A stretch of DNA of 64,000 nt from Felis catus. Lineage: Eukaryota. Made by a program: the position numbers and the translations under genes. The stretch covers positions 18,664,001-18,728,000 of the forward strand of contig NC_058369.1 in assembly GCF_018350175.1 (NCBI RefSeq), given 5' to 3'. Under the pieces are notes generated by a model. It was not told the DNA's origin, ran no database searches, and worked only from the letters and a program-made list of their open reading frames with translations. Positions 39,180-52,280 of this stretch are shown piece after piece. The first letter of the stretch is position 1, and every line of letters begins with the position of its first letter.

Positions 39180-40900
39180 AAACACCAGTTGTGTGTCCAG
39201 TGTGTGCTAGGCACTGTGCTGGGCTCCGGGATGCAGCTATGGAGGTAGCACACAGAGGCCCCGCCCACAGAGCTGACGGTGTAATGCGGGGATCACAGAG
39301 GATACACAAAAGCAATACATATGATGAGTTGGAAGGTACTCAATGCCATGGAGAACAAAGAGGCAGGAGGGACAGAAGCTACATTTTATTTTTTTTAAGT
39401 TTATTTATTTATTTGTTAGCATCTGTACACCCAACGTGGGGCTCGAACTCATGCCCAGAGAGCAAAAGTCACATGCTCTTCCAACTAGCCAGGTGTCCCA
39501 GAAGCTTCATTTTAAATAGATCAGGGAGAGTGTCCCTGAAAGGATGCCACCAGTGCAAAGACTTGAGGGAGTGCAAATGCCTGCAGGTGTGGATGCCCAG
39601 AGGAGAGTGGCCTGGCCTAAGGGAAGTAGAAGGAGGGAGGGAGAGAATAGTAGGGGATGGGGCCCGGGGGAAAGGGGCTGTATCTCGTGGGCTTGCAGGG
39701 GCCATTGTAAAGCCTTTGGATTTTCTTCTGGGAGGGAAAAGAAGTGTTGGAGGGTTTAGACAGAGGAGGGAAGTGGCTAATTTATGTAGGTAGAGGAGTA
39801 TCCTGGCTGCCATGCAGAGAAGACCACAGAGGGGTGAGTGAAAGCAGCCTGGCTTGTGCAGAACTGAAAAAAAGAGGGGATGGTGGGGAGAGAGGAGGCA
39901 GTGGGAGTGGCCAGACTCTGAAGCCAACAAGATTTACTGATGATTGACGTGGATGGGAGAAGAAGGGGTCAGAGATGGCGCCAATGGGAGGCTGGGAAAC
40001 GCACATATAGGGGAAGATAAGAGCTCAGCTTGGACACTTCAGGTTTGGGATGCCTATGCATATGACATCTCAGTCAAGATGCAGAGTCTGCAGTTAGACC
40101 AGTGACAGGTTCAGGGAAGAGGACTGGGCCAGAGACACATATTTGGTAGTTGTCACTGGGAAGTGGGATTTCAAGCTTGAGTCTGGGTGGGCTTTGAGAC
40201 CCAGGATCGTGTGTACTCAGAGAAGACCAGGTTCCTCCAGTGTAAGGAGTGGGGTTCTGAAAATGGGAGAGAGTTTAAACAGGTGTGGCCAGGAGGGAGG
40301 AGGAAACCTGGGAGAAGGAGGTGTTCCAGAAGGCAAGTGGAAAACTTATCTCAGGAAGGAGGGAGCACTCAGCAGTATCCTGTGGTGCTGCTGAAGTGAG
40401 ATGAGAGATTGAGAAGGGATTGTTGGATTGATAATGTGGAGGCCGTTGGTGACTATGACCATAGCGGTTTCTGTAGAAGGCTGTGCAAAAGCCAGGTTGG
40501 ACTGGGTTGAGAGGAAGGGAGGGGAGGAGCAGAGAAATGGGGCAGTAGCTAAAGGGGAAAGTGGGTCAAAGTTAATTAATTAATTAATTAATTAATTAAT
40601 TTTGCGGATGGGAGAAGCATGTTTGCATGGTTATTGAAATCATCCAATAGAGAGGGGAAATGGTTGATGAAGGAGAGGAGGTGGTTTGTGAAGGTAAGAA
40701 GTGGGCTTTGGGAACAGGAGACTGGCAAATATTGGGGGACAGACGTCGAGCGGCTGTGGATGTGCAAATTATCCTCTAGTAGCTCCCACTTTCTTGGTGA
40801 GATGGCATGCAGGTTGTCAGTGACAGTTAAGAGAGGGAGAGACATACTGGAGGCTTGAAGATCATGGAGAAGGGGTGAGGAATCATCCAGGAGGATGGAA
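39180..40900 (-). mobile_element. L2 relic with a short CanSINE at ~39383-39498 (-)
   Basis: gtgctaggcactgtgctggg start, purine-rich body, gagctcagcttggacac...gtttgggatgcct and gttggtgactatgacc...gtttc motifs. Confidence 0.7.
40572..40599. repeat. (TTAA)7 self-complementary microsatellite
   Basis: Read directly. Confidence 0.95.
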
Positions 40901-41333
40901 AAGAGAAGGGATCGCGGACAAGCAGCTCGATTGCCAGGTGTCTCCTACAGCCACCGTGTTGGTGCGTGCACACGCATCAGGCCCAGGTGCAGGGAGCCCT
41001 TGCCGGACAGACTTTGCTGGGCCACAGAAGGCATTGTTTGCTTAGTCATTGTCACTCTGGCTGAGCTGAAAGTTAACTTGAATCTGGATCTCTGTCACAC
41101 AAATTTTGTCCCCAGAAAGACTACATGGTGATACAACATTGAATTAAAATGCAACTGTGTACACACAAGATTGCCTGTCACAGACCAGGCAACTCACAGA
41201 CAGTAGAGATGGCTACATTCCTCAGAAAAAAACTTCAGACCTTACACAGCCTGGGAAAGGGACTGCAGCCTCTCCTTCCACATGGTATAAAGGGCTCTCA
41301 GTAGCTTCTGATTAGCTTTCAGGGGCTCCTTTT

Positions 41334-41382
41334 TTTTTTTTTTTTTCCTTTTAATTTTAATTCCAGTATAGCTAACATACAG
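41334..41382 (-). mobile_element. Extremely 5'-truncated carnivore L1 (poly-T plus ~30 nt)
   Basis: aattccagtatagctaacatacag resembles the L1 terminus at ~135-165. TSD tcaggggctcctttt / tcaggtgctgctttt followed by aaa. Confidence 0.7.
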
Positions 41383-42574
41383 TCAGGTGCTGCTTTTAAA
41401 TTCCAGCCCCAAATCATTCAAATAAAAAATGAAATTATAAATTAACCAAGTGGGAATCTTTCTTTACCATGCCTAGAAATTAGTCTGCTGGAAGGCCGTG
41501 GAGCCTAGGTTCCAAGTATGGCCCAGAGATGCTGTGGCCACTACATACTGGGCCTCACAGCTGGTGGCAAGATGGCCCAGGGGGGCTAGACTCTCAGGTT
41601 CTGGAGATCCTATTGAAGACGAAAGTGGCAGGTCTGTGAGATGGGATGGATGGGTGGGTATATGCTGTTGTTGGTTGATGAAAGAAATGTTTGATAGACA
41701 TGTAATAGTGTTTCTTTTTTCTGGAAGAGTCTTTATTAGACCGAAGGTGTGGCTCTCCCCCCACTGTTCCTCAGAATTGCAGACAGTCTTGGAGGAGGCA
41801 TCCCCAGGTGGGCTCCTTGCCCCCTGCCCGCCCCCCCCACCCCCGTCTGAAATGGCTTGTTTTAAGACATCCTACCAGTTGGCCCCTGAATCTTTTTTGC
41901 AAGCAGATGGCTTTCATCTAGGGGCAGCAAACTCAGAATCCCCTCCTGTCCGTCAGTCAGACCCTAGGAGGACACAGGGCACTAGGGCAGATGGCGCCAG
42001 GGTGGCCTCCCTGCAGGCAGCTGTGGTCCAGCCTCCACAGTGGCGCTCAGCCAGTCTGTCCTGTCTCCTGGGTGCCAGTATCCACCCAGATGAATACACA
42101 CTGGAACAAGGATAGAATTTCAGGGAAGCCATATAAAACATTGCCTTTGGCTTTTTGTGCTCATCTTCTTTCAAATTGGAAAAGGAAAATGGGGAAAAGG
42201 AAAATAAGGAAATTGAGTTTAGCTTAACTTTCTACCTTACTGAACTGCTCAACTCTGCGGGCTTCCCTGCAGCTGCGCCAGGTCAGAATGGAGATGGGGG
42301 TCAGGTACATTGGATTTCTCCTCAGTGGTTCCTCAACGGCTGGATCCTAGGACCGCAACCCCACCCAGCCTGGTACTAGCGGAAGAGTAACACTTCACCC
42401 ATCTCGATGGACTTGGTCTAGCATTAGGCCTGCTGGTGAGCTGCCAGAAAGTAGGTTCCTTTGTCACTGCTGGAGATGGCATTAACTAGGTAGGCATTGG
42501 GATGCCTCCCCCACCCATCTCCAACTGTCTGGGGTCAGCCTTTGAAGGGAACAAACCAGAATAGACCTGCCAGG

Positions 42575-43075
42575 GCAATAGCTCTGAACTTGTGCTGTAT
42601 GTTGGGATCACCTGGGGAGGGAAAAATACTAATACCAGGGTCCTGCCCCCACAGATTCTTTTTTATTTATCTTTTATTTTTGAGAGACAGAGAAAGACAA
42701 AGTGTGAGTGGGGAGAGGCAGAACGAGAGGGAGACACAGAATCCAAAGCAGGCTCCAGGCTCTGAGCTGTCAGCACAGAGCTGATGCAGGGCTCGAACCC
42801 ACAAACTGCGAGATCATGACCTGAGCCGAAATTGGACGCTCAACCCAGCACCTCAGGTGCCCCTGCCCCCACAGATTCTGATGTAATTTGTCTGGGGTAT
42901 AATCTGAGAATCAGAAATTTAAAAATAACTCCAGGTGTTTCTAACATATAGGTTTAGAGCCTTGGTTCTTAAAGTGTGGTCTGCAGACCACAGTATAGGT
43001 ATCACCTTAGAGATTCTTAAAAACGCAAACCTCACACTAAACTTGCTGAATCTGAATCTGTACTTCATCAGGATG
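42575..43075. mobile_element. MER5-type (hAT-Charlie) relics with a CanSINE at ~42659-42862 (-)
   Basis: atcacctggggag...cccccacagattctgat...ctggggt...ctccaggtg and ggttcttaaagtgtggtctgcagacca motifs. SINE TSD cctgcccccacagattct. Confidence 0.75.
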
Positions 43076-43316
43076 TAGGAGGGGAACTCAAGATTCTACC
43101 ACATGACCTGGTGCTCAGGGTTCAAATGGGAGACGCTTGTCAGCGCTCAGCACGGGACACAATCAGCACTCAGCAAATGGTAGCTGTGATGATGCCACTG
43201 GGCAGGAAGAGGAGAGCGGAATGGGGCTCGGCAGGGTCACCGAGCTTGATAGAGCCTCCTGCAGGCTGCTTCTCTGAGAAGTGTCTCTAACATAGTGATT
43301 TTCAATGTCATTTCAG

Positions 43317-43725
43317 CGTTTCCAGGAGACTGGACCCCAAGGAGCCCCCGGGTAGCCAGAGAGCAGCTTCCCCAACCCCGAAGCAGGCTTCTGCTACTGC
43401 TCCCGGCCGCGAGAGCCCCCGGGAGACGAGGGCACAGGGCCCAGCAGGCCAGGAGGCTGATGGCCCGCGCAGGACACTGCAGGTAGACAGCAGGACGCAG
43501 AGATCAGGGCGGTCGCCCTCTGTGTCACCGGACAGAGGCAGCACCCCCACATCACCCTACTCCGTCCCCCAGATCGCCCCCCTTCCCAGCAGCACGCTGT
43601 GTCCCATATGTAAGACCTCGGACCTCACGTCGACCCCCAGCCAGCCAAACTTCAACACCTGCACCCAGTGTCACAACAAGGTCTGCAACCAGTGTGGGTT
43701 CAACCCCAACCCTCACCTCACCCAG
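43317..43725 (+). CDS. BSN: Bassoon coding exon 2 (409 bp; N-terminal linker and most of zinc finger 1)
   Basis: tttcag| acceptor and CAG|gtaac donor. After 1 nt it reads VSRRLDPKEPPGSQRAASPTPKQASATAPGRESPRETRAQGPAGQEADGPRRTLQVDSRTQRSGRSPSVSPDRGSTPTSPYSVPQIAPLPSSTLCPICKTSDLTSTPSQPNFNTCTQCHNKVCNQCGFNPNPHLTQ, recognisable as Bassoon. Exon number inferred from the known gene structure. Confidence 0.97.
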
Positions 43726-46700
43726 GTAACCACTTTCTGCGCCGGCTTCCCCCACCTACCTTCCCATGCCTCCCTCGGTTCCCTTCCCCTCTTTAACCAA
43801 CTCTCTTTTCCTGGTTGTTTCCCTGAGCCACCAGCATTTGTGTCTTCCTGGCTCAAGATGTGGTAGCAGAGAACAGGCCTGGCCGCAGATCTCCCGAGGG
43901 ATTCCTGCACCTCCTGAAAGCTTGGGCAGAGTCCCAGAGTAGAAGATGCTTTTGTAGCTGGTGTGAGTTTGACCCAGAAAAATGGCCTTAGAGAGGGCCA
44001 AAGACAGGCTTCTGGGCAACTTTTCTCAATGGATACTCATTTGGAGAGGGCTATAAATAGCCACAGGCTGGAGGGGAGGCAGATTTCCCTGGCTCTAGGC
44101 CAGCCTCTTTCCCTGACAGTGGGCACTGGAGGGGGATGCTGGTGAGGGAAGCAAGGTTTTAGGAGAGGCAGGAAACAGCCTTCCAGTTGGGCTCTGGGAA
44201 GCTTCTCCTCTGGACTTTCATTCCAGTTAGCTGGGCCTGAGATGGCAGAAAAGCTAGCCATCCCCAGAGAAACAACCTCAGGGTAGAGACCCAGGCTGGG
44301 AGCCAAGCATTCACAATGGGTGATGGTGTCCTACACTCACTGAGCAGTTACTGAAGGGCCATTTCCACGAGATTGGCCTCCTTTGTGCCCTGGGTCCACA
44401 GCCCCATCCTGGCTTTGTTCAGGATGCTTTGAGTTGCTGTGGGATGCTCAGCCAAAACCCTGAAGGCTCCTTTTGGGGACCTGGAGGCTGGGTGCCCCAG
44501 TGTACTACTGGAACTGGGGCCATGCCTCTGAAATGAACTGAGTGGGCTTGCCAGCTTCCTCCCTCTCCTCTGGGGTAACCCATAGAAGTCTCTAGTTCCT
44601 CCTCCAGGGCTCTGCCCTTGGGCAGGATGGAGCATGGCCGGGCGGTAGGCACAGGCATGGCCGCCTCTGGGATTATCAGCAGCAGGAGCCATTTGGACCT
44701 CGTGGGTGGGGGAGATGAGTGAGAATAATTGTTCACAGGTCGGGGTCTATTTGTGACATGAGGTGCTGTGGGTGTGGGATGTGTGGTTTGCGAGAGGTAA
44801 GTGTGAGATTCCAAGGAAGGAGCTGCCGTTGTGGGGAGATGACTCAGTACGTTTGGAGTTGCTCCTGGAGTGTGGGGGCTTCCTTGAGGAGGCGTGCACA
44901 CTCGTGATTATTACATCTGTGATTAGAAACAGGCCCATCCCTGAGCTGATCAGTTAGGTAAGTGTTTGCTCTTCAGTACTTAGAACAGTGTGGTCCACAC
45001 CAAAGAAACTCACCTGTGTGTTTGTGCCAGCACAAACCAGAAGCCAGAAGCCCTGGCCCCCCAGGAGTAAGGTTTGACAGGCAGGGGTGAGACGCTGCGG
45101 TGGCCCCTGTGTGGTGTTGCCCCTCTGGGTTTTAGCCTCCCTGAGATGCTCACTTGAGCTATAGGACCTGAAGGGCAGAGGTCAAGGGAGAGCCACATAT
45201 GGGGCACTGGTTTCCTGGTGGGCACCCAGCCCTTGCCACACAACAGGCTCCCCCAAGCCCAGGACCTTGGGTGACGTGGGAAGGGAGCCAGCCTTTAATG
45301 TGCCAGGAAAAACAGCAGAGTGGGAGGACCTTGGCCACACTCAGTCCATCTGCCTCGTTGTGCCGGGAAGAAGCCGAGGCTCAGGGCCAGGAAGGAAGGG
45401 GCCTCAGACTTAACTGCAGATTCACACTGTTTGGTGAAGAGCAGTCCTCTCAGCCAGGTGCTTCAAGCAAATCTGAGCCAGACAAATGCATTGGTTCTTT
45501 GCTGGGAGGCTTCTCAGGCCTTCAGCACCCTGAACGGCACCATGGAGCTCCAAGACAGAGCTGTAGCCAGCAGCCTTTCCCCGACTTGCTTTCTCAGAAC
45601 ATTAGGGGCCGCTGTTCCATGGCATCAGTTTGGGAAATGCTGACCTAGTCCATTCTCCAGGTTCTCGGAACCTGGTGGATGCCCTTTTCTGACAGGGTCT
45701 CCAAGCAGAACATTTTCTTCTCCAGAGCTGGCTTTCAGTGGTGTTCCAGTCAAGGAGAAAGAGCCCTCAGCACATTTTCCTGAGAGGCTGGCAGAACGTA
45801 ATTCTCGAGTCAGAGCGGTTGTCCATTGTCACTCTGCTAAAAGCAGATTCACCTTCCTGGTCCTTTTGCACAGAAAGAGAAACCCAGTTTGCAGGTTTTG
45901 TTCACGCACCTGCTGATCCGCCCTGGTCACACCATACCTGTCCTGACACACCTCCTAACTTGATGTTTTGCCAGCCAAGAAGGCCGTTTCTGGGATTACC
46001 CTGGTGTCTGTGGGCTGGGCTCCTGCCTGGCCTGAGATGCTGGGCAGGGCCAGGGACTGGTTCTGAAGTAGGGTGTGTCTAGGTGGCAGGGCGTTCAGGC
46101 AAAGCGACCTTTCCCAGGACATCCAGGTCCTCTCTTCTCAGCAGGGGCCCTGCTACGATGCAAGAAGAGGTGGTGCTGGTTCCAGCACCAGATGCACTGC
46201 AATCACTGGCCACTGGGGGGCATACTGGGGACCTTGTCTGCAGGGTGGGGCTGTGTGTCTGAAACTGCTTAGTGCAGTGATGCTGCGGTGGCGGGCTGAG
46301 GAGGCCTGGGTCCCACATTCTGCCTTGAAGCTCACCGAAGCTCATCAGGGCATGTCAACATTGAGGCTGCATGGAAGTCAGGGAAGGAGCTCAGGGCACT
46401 CTCTGTTTATAGACAAGGAGACGAAGTCTTGGGAAGTCTTGGCTTATTCAGGGTCATTTTGGAGCAATAGACCTGGGGATCCAGAATCAGTGGCTAGGTC
46501 TCCAGTTTTCCCTCAGGGACTCTCAGCACCATTTTCCCTGTCCACAGTTCACTCTTCCTCCTCTTCTTGAGGAGAGTTCAGAACAAACAAGGCCATCTCA
46601 GCCACTCTTTGTGGTGAGGCCATTTCTTTCTGGAGTTTTGTGGTCCTGGAGCTCAGGGCAGGTGAATAATTTACCCTGTTTGAAATTGTGGCAAAAGACT

Positions 46701-49159
46701 GAGGGTTTCCTTGTGGGGTCTGAACATCTCTCACCACCCACAAGAGACCGTCCCTGTGAGGAGGAGCACTGATCAGGAGGCCAGAGGCATTAGGATGTAA
46801 GCCCATTCAGTACCAGTGATAGGGAAAAGACAGGAAGATTGTTCTCTTCTCTCCCTGGATGTGGGTCCTGAGAAAAGTACCTTAACTTCCCAAATGTCTG
46901 ATTTCTCTAAAAGGGAGGCAGAGGGCCAGGGACCAGCCTCGGTGGCTTTGCTGATGCCTCATGCCAGCTCAGGCCTATTAGCCCACCTCTGTACTCTTCA
47001 ATGACTGCCTGCCCTTCAGGCCTGCCACCCCTTTCTCCTGCAGGAGGGAGGCCCTTGTTGCACAAATCAGGCTCTATTCTGATGGGGGGATGGGAGACAA
47101 GGCATGGTTGTGAGCCTGCTGGGTGGAATCTGGGAGGTGAGGTTTGGGTGGGCAGTGGGGTTGGGAGTGAGCTGCTAGAGAATACGAGTGATGGCCAGGG
47201 GCAGCCCAGCAGCACGTCCTGGCCTGGACTTCCTCCAGATGTGCATCTGGCCTCACCCAGGGAAGAGCGTCACAAGAGCACGTGCTGGTGCAGACGCAGG
47301 GCTGGCTGCATGCCTGTGCTTCCAGATCTGATTGGCAGAAGCGTCCCAGAGCACCAGCTACAGTGCAGCCGCAGCCTGCCCCTGGGAGGCCCACCCTCTG
47401 CCCCAGTGGGGAGCCATAGAGCTGCTACCCCATCTCTAGCCTTCCAGGTTCAGACAGCTCATCTGAGCTCATCTGCCTCCCATCTCCCTCGCCCTAGTCG
47501 GAATTGCTCAGAAGCCCCTCTGAAAAACTACAGAAGAATGATCATGGTCTTTCTTTGCCTGTCCTAAGGTCTAGACTTTGCCGAGACCAACCCAAGGATG
47601 TTTAATCCACTGTGCACTGGCCTCCCCCCTAACCTGCTCCATCAGCACTTACCCATGGGCTAAGTAAGGGCTTAGGCACTTACCCATGGTGGGCGGTGTG
47701 GAGAAGGGAGGGAGATGAAGCAATGGCCATAAGCCTTTCCTCTACTGCCTGCATCCCACTCCTTTCCTGCAAGGGCCGGAGCACCAGATGGCCCGGGGGA
47801 GGTGCTGTGAGTGCCGCACCGGATCCCTCCGCTGCAGCCACCAGCCTTGCCCCCTTCCCTCTGCTCCTCCATGGCCACGCTGCCTCCTGGGCCGGTAGGG
47901 AATGAGGAGCAGGTGTTAGGAGGACATAGATCAGCAGTGGGCTGAGGAAAGGCAAAGTTGTCTCCCTCCTCCCTGGGCCTAGGAGGAGGTGGTGTCTGCA
48001 CACATGCCCAGGCTTCCCTTCTCCACCGCTAAGCCAAATGGAAGTTGGTCTCCAGGGGGCAGGCCCTTTGGGAAACCTTTCTCCCACAGTACATCCAGTC
48101 CTTGAGCAGCTTGCCTTCCAGAAGCCAAACAGTCTTCAAGTCAATAGGGAAATACCTGCCAAGCTTCAGTCGGTCCTGGACAGCCAGCCCTGCTGCCAGT
48201 CCGTGCTCCCAGGAGGCAGGACTCTTGGCCTCCTTGCTGGGACCACTGCGGGGCAGAGGCCAGAGCCACTGCGTACATGCAGAAGATACAGCTGTGTGGG
48301 AGTGGGAGCTGTTTCATAGCTGGAGCTGTCAGGCATGGCACTCCAACTTTTAGCTACAAAGAGGGCTGTACAGTTATCTAAGAATGAATGTGAAATTAAT
48401 TCAGAGCAGAAACCTGAGATTTTATTCTCAAAACACCTGCTCCTATATGTGTGGGCAAAAGAAACAGAATGAGAAGAGAATTGAGTAAAAATTGAGAAAA
48501 AAAAGAGAAATAAATAAAGTGGGAACAGGGAGAAGGAACAGAGGGGAGAGACAGGAAAGGGAGGTGACAGAGAAAGCCAGAGGCAGGAAGAGGCAGGAGA
48601 GCTCAGTGAAGTAACCAGATGCTGGCTGGTCACCTTGGGCAGGTCTGCCTGTACCCACTGTCAGATGGTGGCCCTTTCCCTTCTTCCCATCCTTTCCTTC
48701 CCCTGCAAATACTTTTGAGCCCTTATGTTAAGCCAGGAACTGTCCTTGACACTGGAGAATCAGGCAGAGCTGAAGTATGTTGCTCAGCCCTGTGGAGCCC
48801 GCAAGCCAGAGGGAGAGGCGGCCCTTCCGCCAGTAACCGCCCAAGCAAACACACAGTCACACCTGGGGGTCAGGCGTGTGGAGGACCAGGAGGGAGGCTG
48901 GGGTGTTTGATATGCTGCTGCACCAAGACTCTTGGGGGCTTCTACAAGGAGGAGACATTAGACTGGAGTTGGCCTAGGGACAGGTGGGGCCCAGGGAGGC
49001 CTGAGGGGAAGTGCATGGGAACAAGCCAGGGCTGGGTGGCTGGAGTGCCGTGAGCAGGCCCAAAGGGCAGGCAGATCCTGCTGGGGTCTCTAGATGGGCT
49101 TCCAAAGATTTTGAAAAGTGGCAGTGGGAAGGTCAGATGTGCATTTAAAAACACCTCTT

Positions 49160-49975
49160 TAGAAATAGATAACGGTGATGGTTGTACATTATAAATGTAA
49201 TTAATGCCATTGAATTGTACACTTAAAATGGTTAAATGGCCATTTTTATGTTATATTTATTTTATCACAAAACTCTCAACAACAACACCCCACTCCTCTG
49301 ACTGCTGGGTGGAGAAGAGCCCATGCGGTGGGGCTGGATCCTCAGAGCAGGCTGGGGCTGGGGTGGTGGGAGTGAAGAACCTTGAAAGACTCCTGGTGGA
49401 TTTCAGAAGCTAGATAGACAGATTTTGGAAATGTGTTGCACATGAGGGTTAGGGGATAGAGATGGAGAATTTTTCCATTTGGGCCACGTCAGGTTGGAGG
49501 TGCCTGTGAGCATCTAGGTGGGGTTCAGTAGGCTGACAAATCTAAGACCCTGGCATGCAGCAGACAAGTCAGGGCCAGAGAACTTTGAAATTCACAGGCA
49601 TATTGACATCAGCATACTTCCCACTTACTTCAGTAAGCATATCATTAACTTGAGTTTAGTATGGGGGGGTGGGGTTAGGTAAAATGTACATGTATTGTAA
49701 TGTTTAGAGCCCAAGTGTACCATTCAGTGAGCTTTGACAAAAGCATGGAGCTGTGTCAGCCAAACCCCTCTATCAAGGTAGACGTCCTCATCACCCTAGA
49801 AAGTCCCTTCAGGCCCCATTCCTGTCCATCCCCACCCTTCCTCCAGACACAACAGTTGTTCTGATTTTTATCCACCATAAACAAGTTTTGCCTATTCTAG
49901 AGCCCCGTATAAATGGAATTGCACAGAATGTGCTCTTTTTCGCTCTTTTACTCAGCACAGCGTTTTTTGAGGGCC
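49160..49975. mobile_element. Two old L1 3'-end fragments (~49160-49270 +, ~49690-49975 -)
   Basis: ggtgatggttgtaca...ttgaattgtacacttaaaatggttaa; gtgagctttgacaaa...tttgcctattctagag. Confidence 0.7.
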
Positions 49976-52052
49976 GTCTATGTGGCCAAGTCTTGAGAGG
50001 CCTGACCGAGCAGGAAAGAAGAGAACACAAGACAGTGGTGTGCACAGGAAAGGTGCGCAGACAGAGGAGGGCTCCGAAAAGCAAGAGACAATGGCACTGG
50101 AGTTCTGAGAGGCAAGGGCTGCACAGGAATGTGGGGGGGGGAGTGTGGTTGAAAGAGCGGAGCCCCCAAAGAGCCAGGTCTAGATCCTCAGTGTGGAGGA
50201 AGAAGCCTATTGTGTGGCTCCTCTTGACGACATTGGAAACAGGGCAGCGGTTTGAGCCAGAAAGCAAGGGAGGGGGACAGGCAGGGAGAGGGACACGAGA
50301 AATTGAACAAGCCATTGTGGACAAAAGCCTCCTGGGGAGATGGAGTGAATTAGTTAACCGGGCAGATATGGGGGTCCAGGAGAAGTTAGACGCAAGTTAA
50401 CTTACAGCGGAGCCCGTCCGCCTGGTGCCCATTTATCTGTTTGGGTGTAGGCCCGGGGAAAAAAGGTATCTGGCTGGATCCAGTTCTGAAGCAGACATAG
50501 ATCAAGAGAGCACAGACATTTAGCAGAGTGACTGCGTGACAGACCATAGATTCAGCTGGTCGGGAAGACACGTGAAGGCAGAGAGCCTGTGGAAGAACAG
50601 AAAGCAGAAGCTCGGGGCAAGTAAGTTCAAGTAAGGGAGCAGCTGAGAAAGGCTCTTCTTGGGATGAAAGTCCCTTCGGAGCCAGAACCCATAAGGCCCT
50701 GCTTTTCTGAATCCCCAGCAGGCTCCTGGCAGGGCAGGAAGCGGCTCCCTGAGGGAAGCCACTTTCCTGTAGCTTCTGCTTCCCCCACTTCCAAAGCAGC
50801 TCTTGGCCTGCACACCACACTGAGCCTCCCCATTCCTACTGCTGCTCGGGCCCCACTGGGCTGGGATGCACAGGTGTCCCGCCTCTGAGATGACAGGATG
50901 GGTTTCCTTGCTGGCAAGAAAGGTCAGCCTGACAAAAGCCAGTGTCTGACAGAGCCATCCACATCAGTGCAGCCCTGGGCAGTCCCCTTAGCTCACCTCT
51001 GGTTCTTGGGACGTGAGTTCTGTGGCGGATAGCCTGCTCATCTCCTGGCCATGTGCCAGGTCAGGCTCATGGAGGTACTGGACAGCATGACTCTAGGACA
51101 GGTTTCCCGTCACACTAGTAGAAGGCCATTCATTCATTGTGATTCTGGTGGGCAGCTGGATTGGAGGCTGCCAAGAAGCCACAGACACCGAATACAGTTA
51201 GATGAGGAAGGCTCTCACTGCTCTGGTCCCAGGGCTGACGAGTCTGCCACAGGCCTGGCCATGTATGCCCAGCCTAGGTGGGCAAGTGAGCTGGGTGCAT
51301 GGCCATCTATCTCCCTGTCCAGTAGACAGCATCCATCCCCCTAACACAGGGATGAGGACCTTGGAGGAGGGAGGAAGAGGCTAAGGCTGAACCCCTCCGA
51401 TCAAGCTCCTGATGATCAGTGGGGGAAGCAGAGGGAAGTCTTGCTGGGCTCAGAGTGCTCCCCTCCCAGTGTCCTCCCTGGGAGGCCTTTCTGCCTGGGC
51501 CTGAGTCTGGGTGGGGCTGGGAGAGGGCGTGGTCAAGGCTCCTTGCCATCTAGAAGAGGCTGGATAGAAATAGCTGTGCCCATCTGGGCGATGAGTCACT
51601 GAGGGGCGTTTTAGCTGTTTCTTGGAGAGGTTCTATTTTAGGTGAATGCCTGTGACAGCCTGGGTGACGGAGGCTGGGTAAGGGAAGGTTCTGGTGGTGA
51701 GTGCAGGAGTTTTAGCACATGCCCTTATTCAACCCTGTCCAGAACCTGAAGGAGGGTCACTCTGAAGTCCCAGGATAAGGAGTTTTACATTCCAGACTCC
51801 TCTTGTCACAAGTCCCACCTCAGGGCATGCTATACCTGTGCAAGCGCACAGTGGAAATGGAGCCTGGGGTGTGCACTGGGCACCCACCCCAGGAAGTGGG
51901 TCTGTGACAGCTGCCCTGGGCCAGGGCCTGGGGCTCCCCTCAGAAGGCTAATCCCCTCCGGGGGACCATCTGAGGGTGAGCAGAAATAGCCTGCCCCTGG
52001 GAGCTCCCATTTTGATGGGAAGTGAGCCCTCCCCACCCAAGAGTAACTTTCT

Positions 52053-52280
52053 TTTTTTTTTTTTAATTTTTTTTTTTCAACGTTTATTTATTTTTGGGAC
52101 AGAGAGAGACAGAGCATGAACGGGGGAGGGGCAGAGAGAGAGGGAGACACAGAATCGGAAACAGGCTCCAGGCTCTGAGCCATCAGCCCAGAGCCCGACG
52201 CGGGGCTCGAACTCACAGACCGCGAGATCGTGACCTGGCTGAAGTCGGACGCTTAACCGACTGCGCCACCCAGGCGCCCC
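52053..52280 (-). mobile_element. Young felid SINEC_Fc-type element
   Basis: Near-consensus CpG-rich body; perfect 14-bp TSD aagagtaactttct (52039-52052 / 52281-52294). Confidence 0.95.

Larger units (their letters stand above)
1..43316 (+). other. BSN: 3' part of large BSN intron 1 (exon 1 upstream of the window)
   Basis: No Bassoon N-terminus (MGNE...) or CpG-island promoter seen before exon 2. Repeat-rich. Assignment rests on known BSN structure. Confidence 0.8.

Noticed and set aside
47646..47689. 14-bp direct repeat gcacttacccatgg with a short spacer
   Set aside because: A small local duplication with only two copies and no supporting context.
49753..50400. 215-aa ORF (also the 200-aa ORF at 39191, 205-aa at 41498 and 271-aa at 28305)
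   Set aside because: No recognisable domain or exon signals; most overlap L1, L2 or SINE relics. Consistent with chance ORFs in GC-rich intron.
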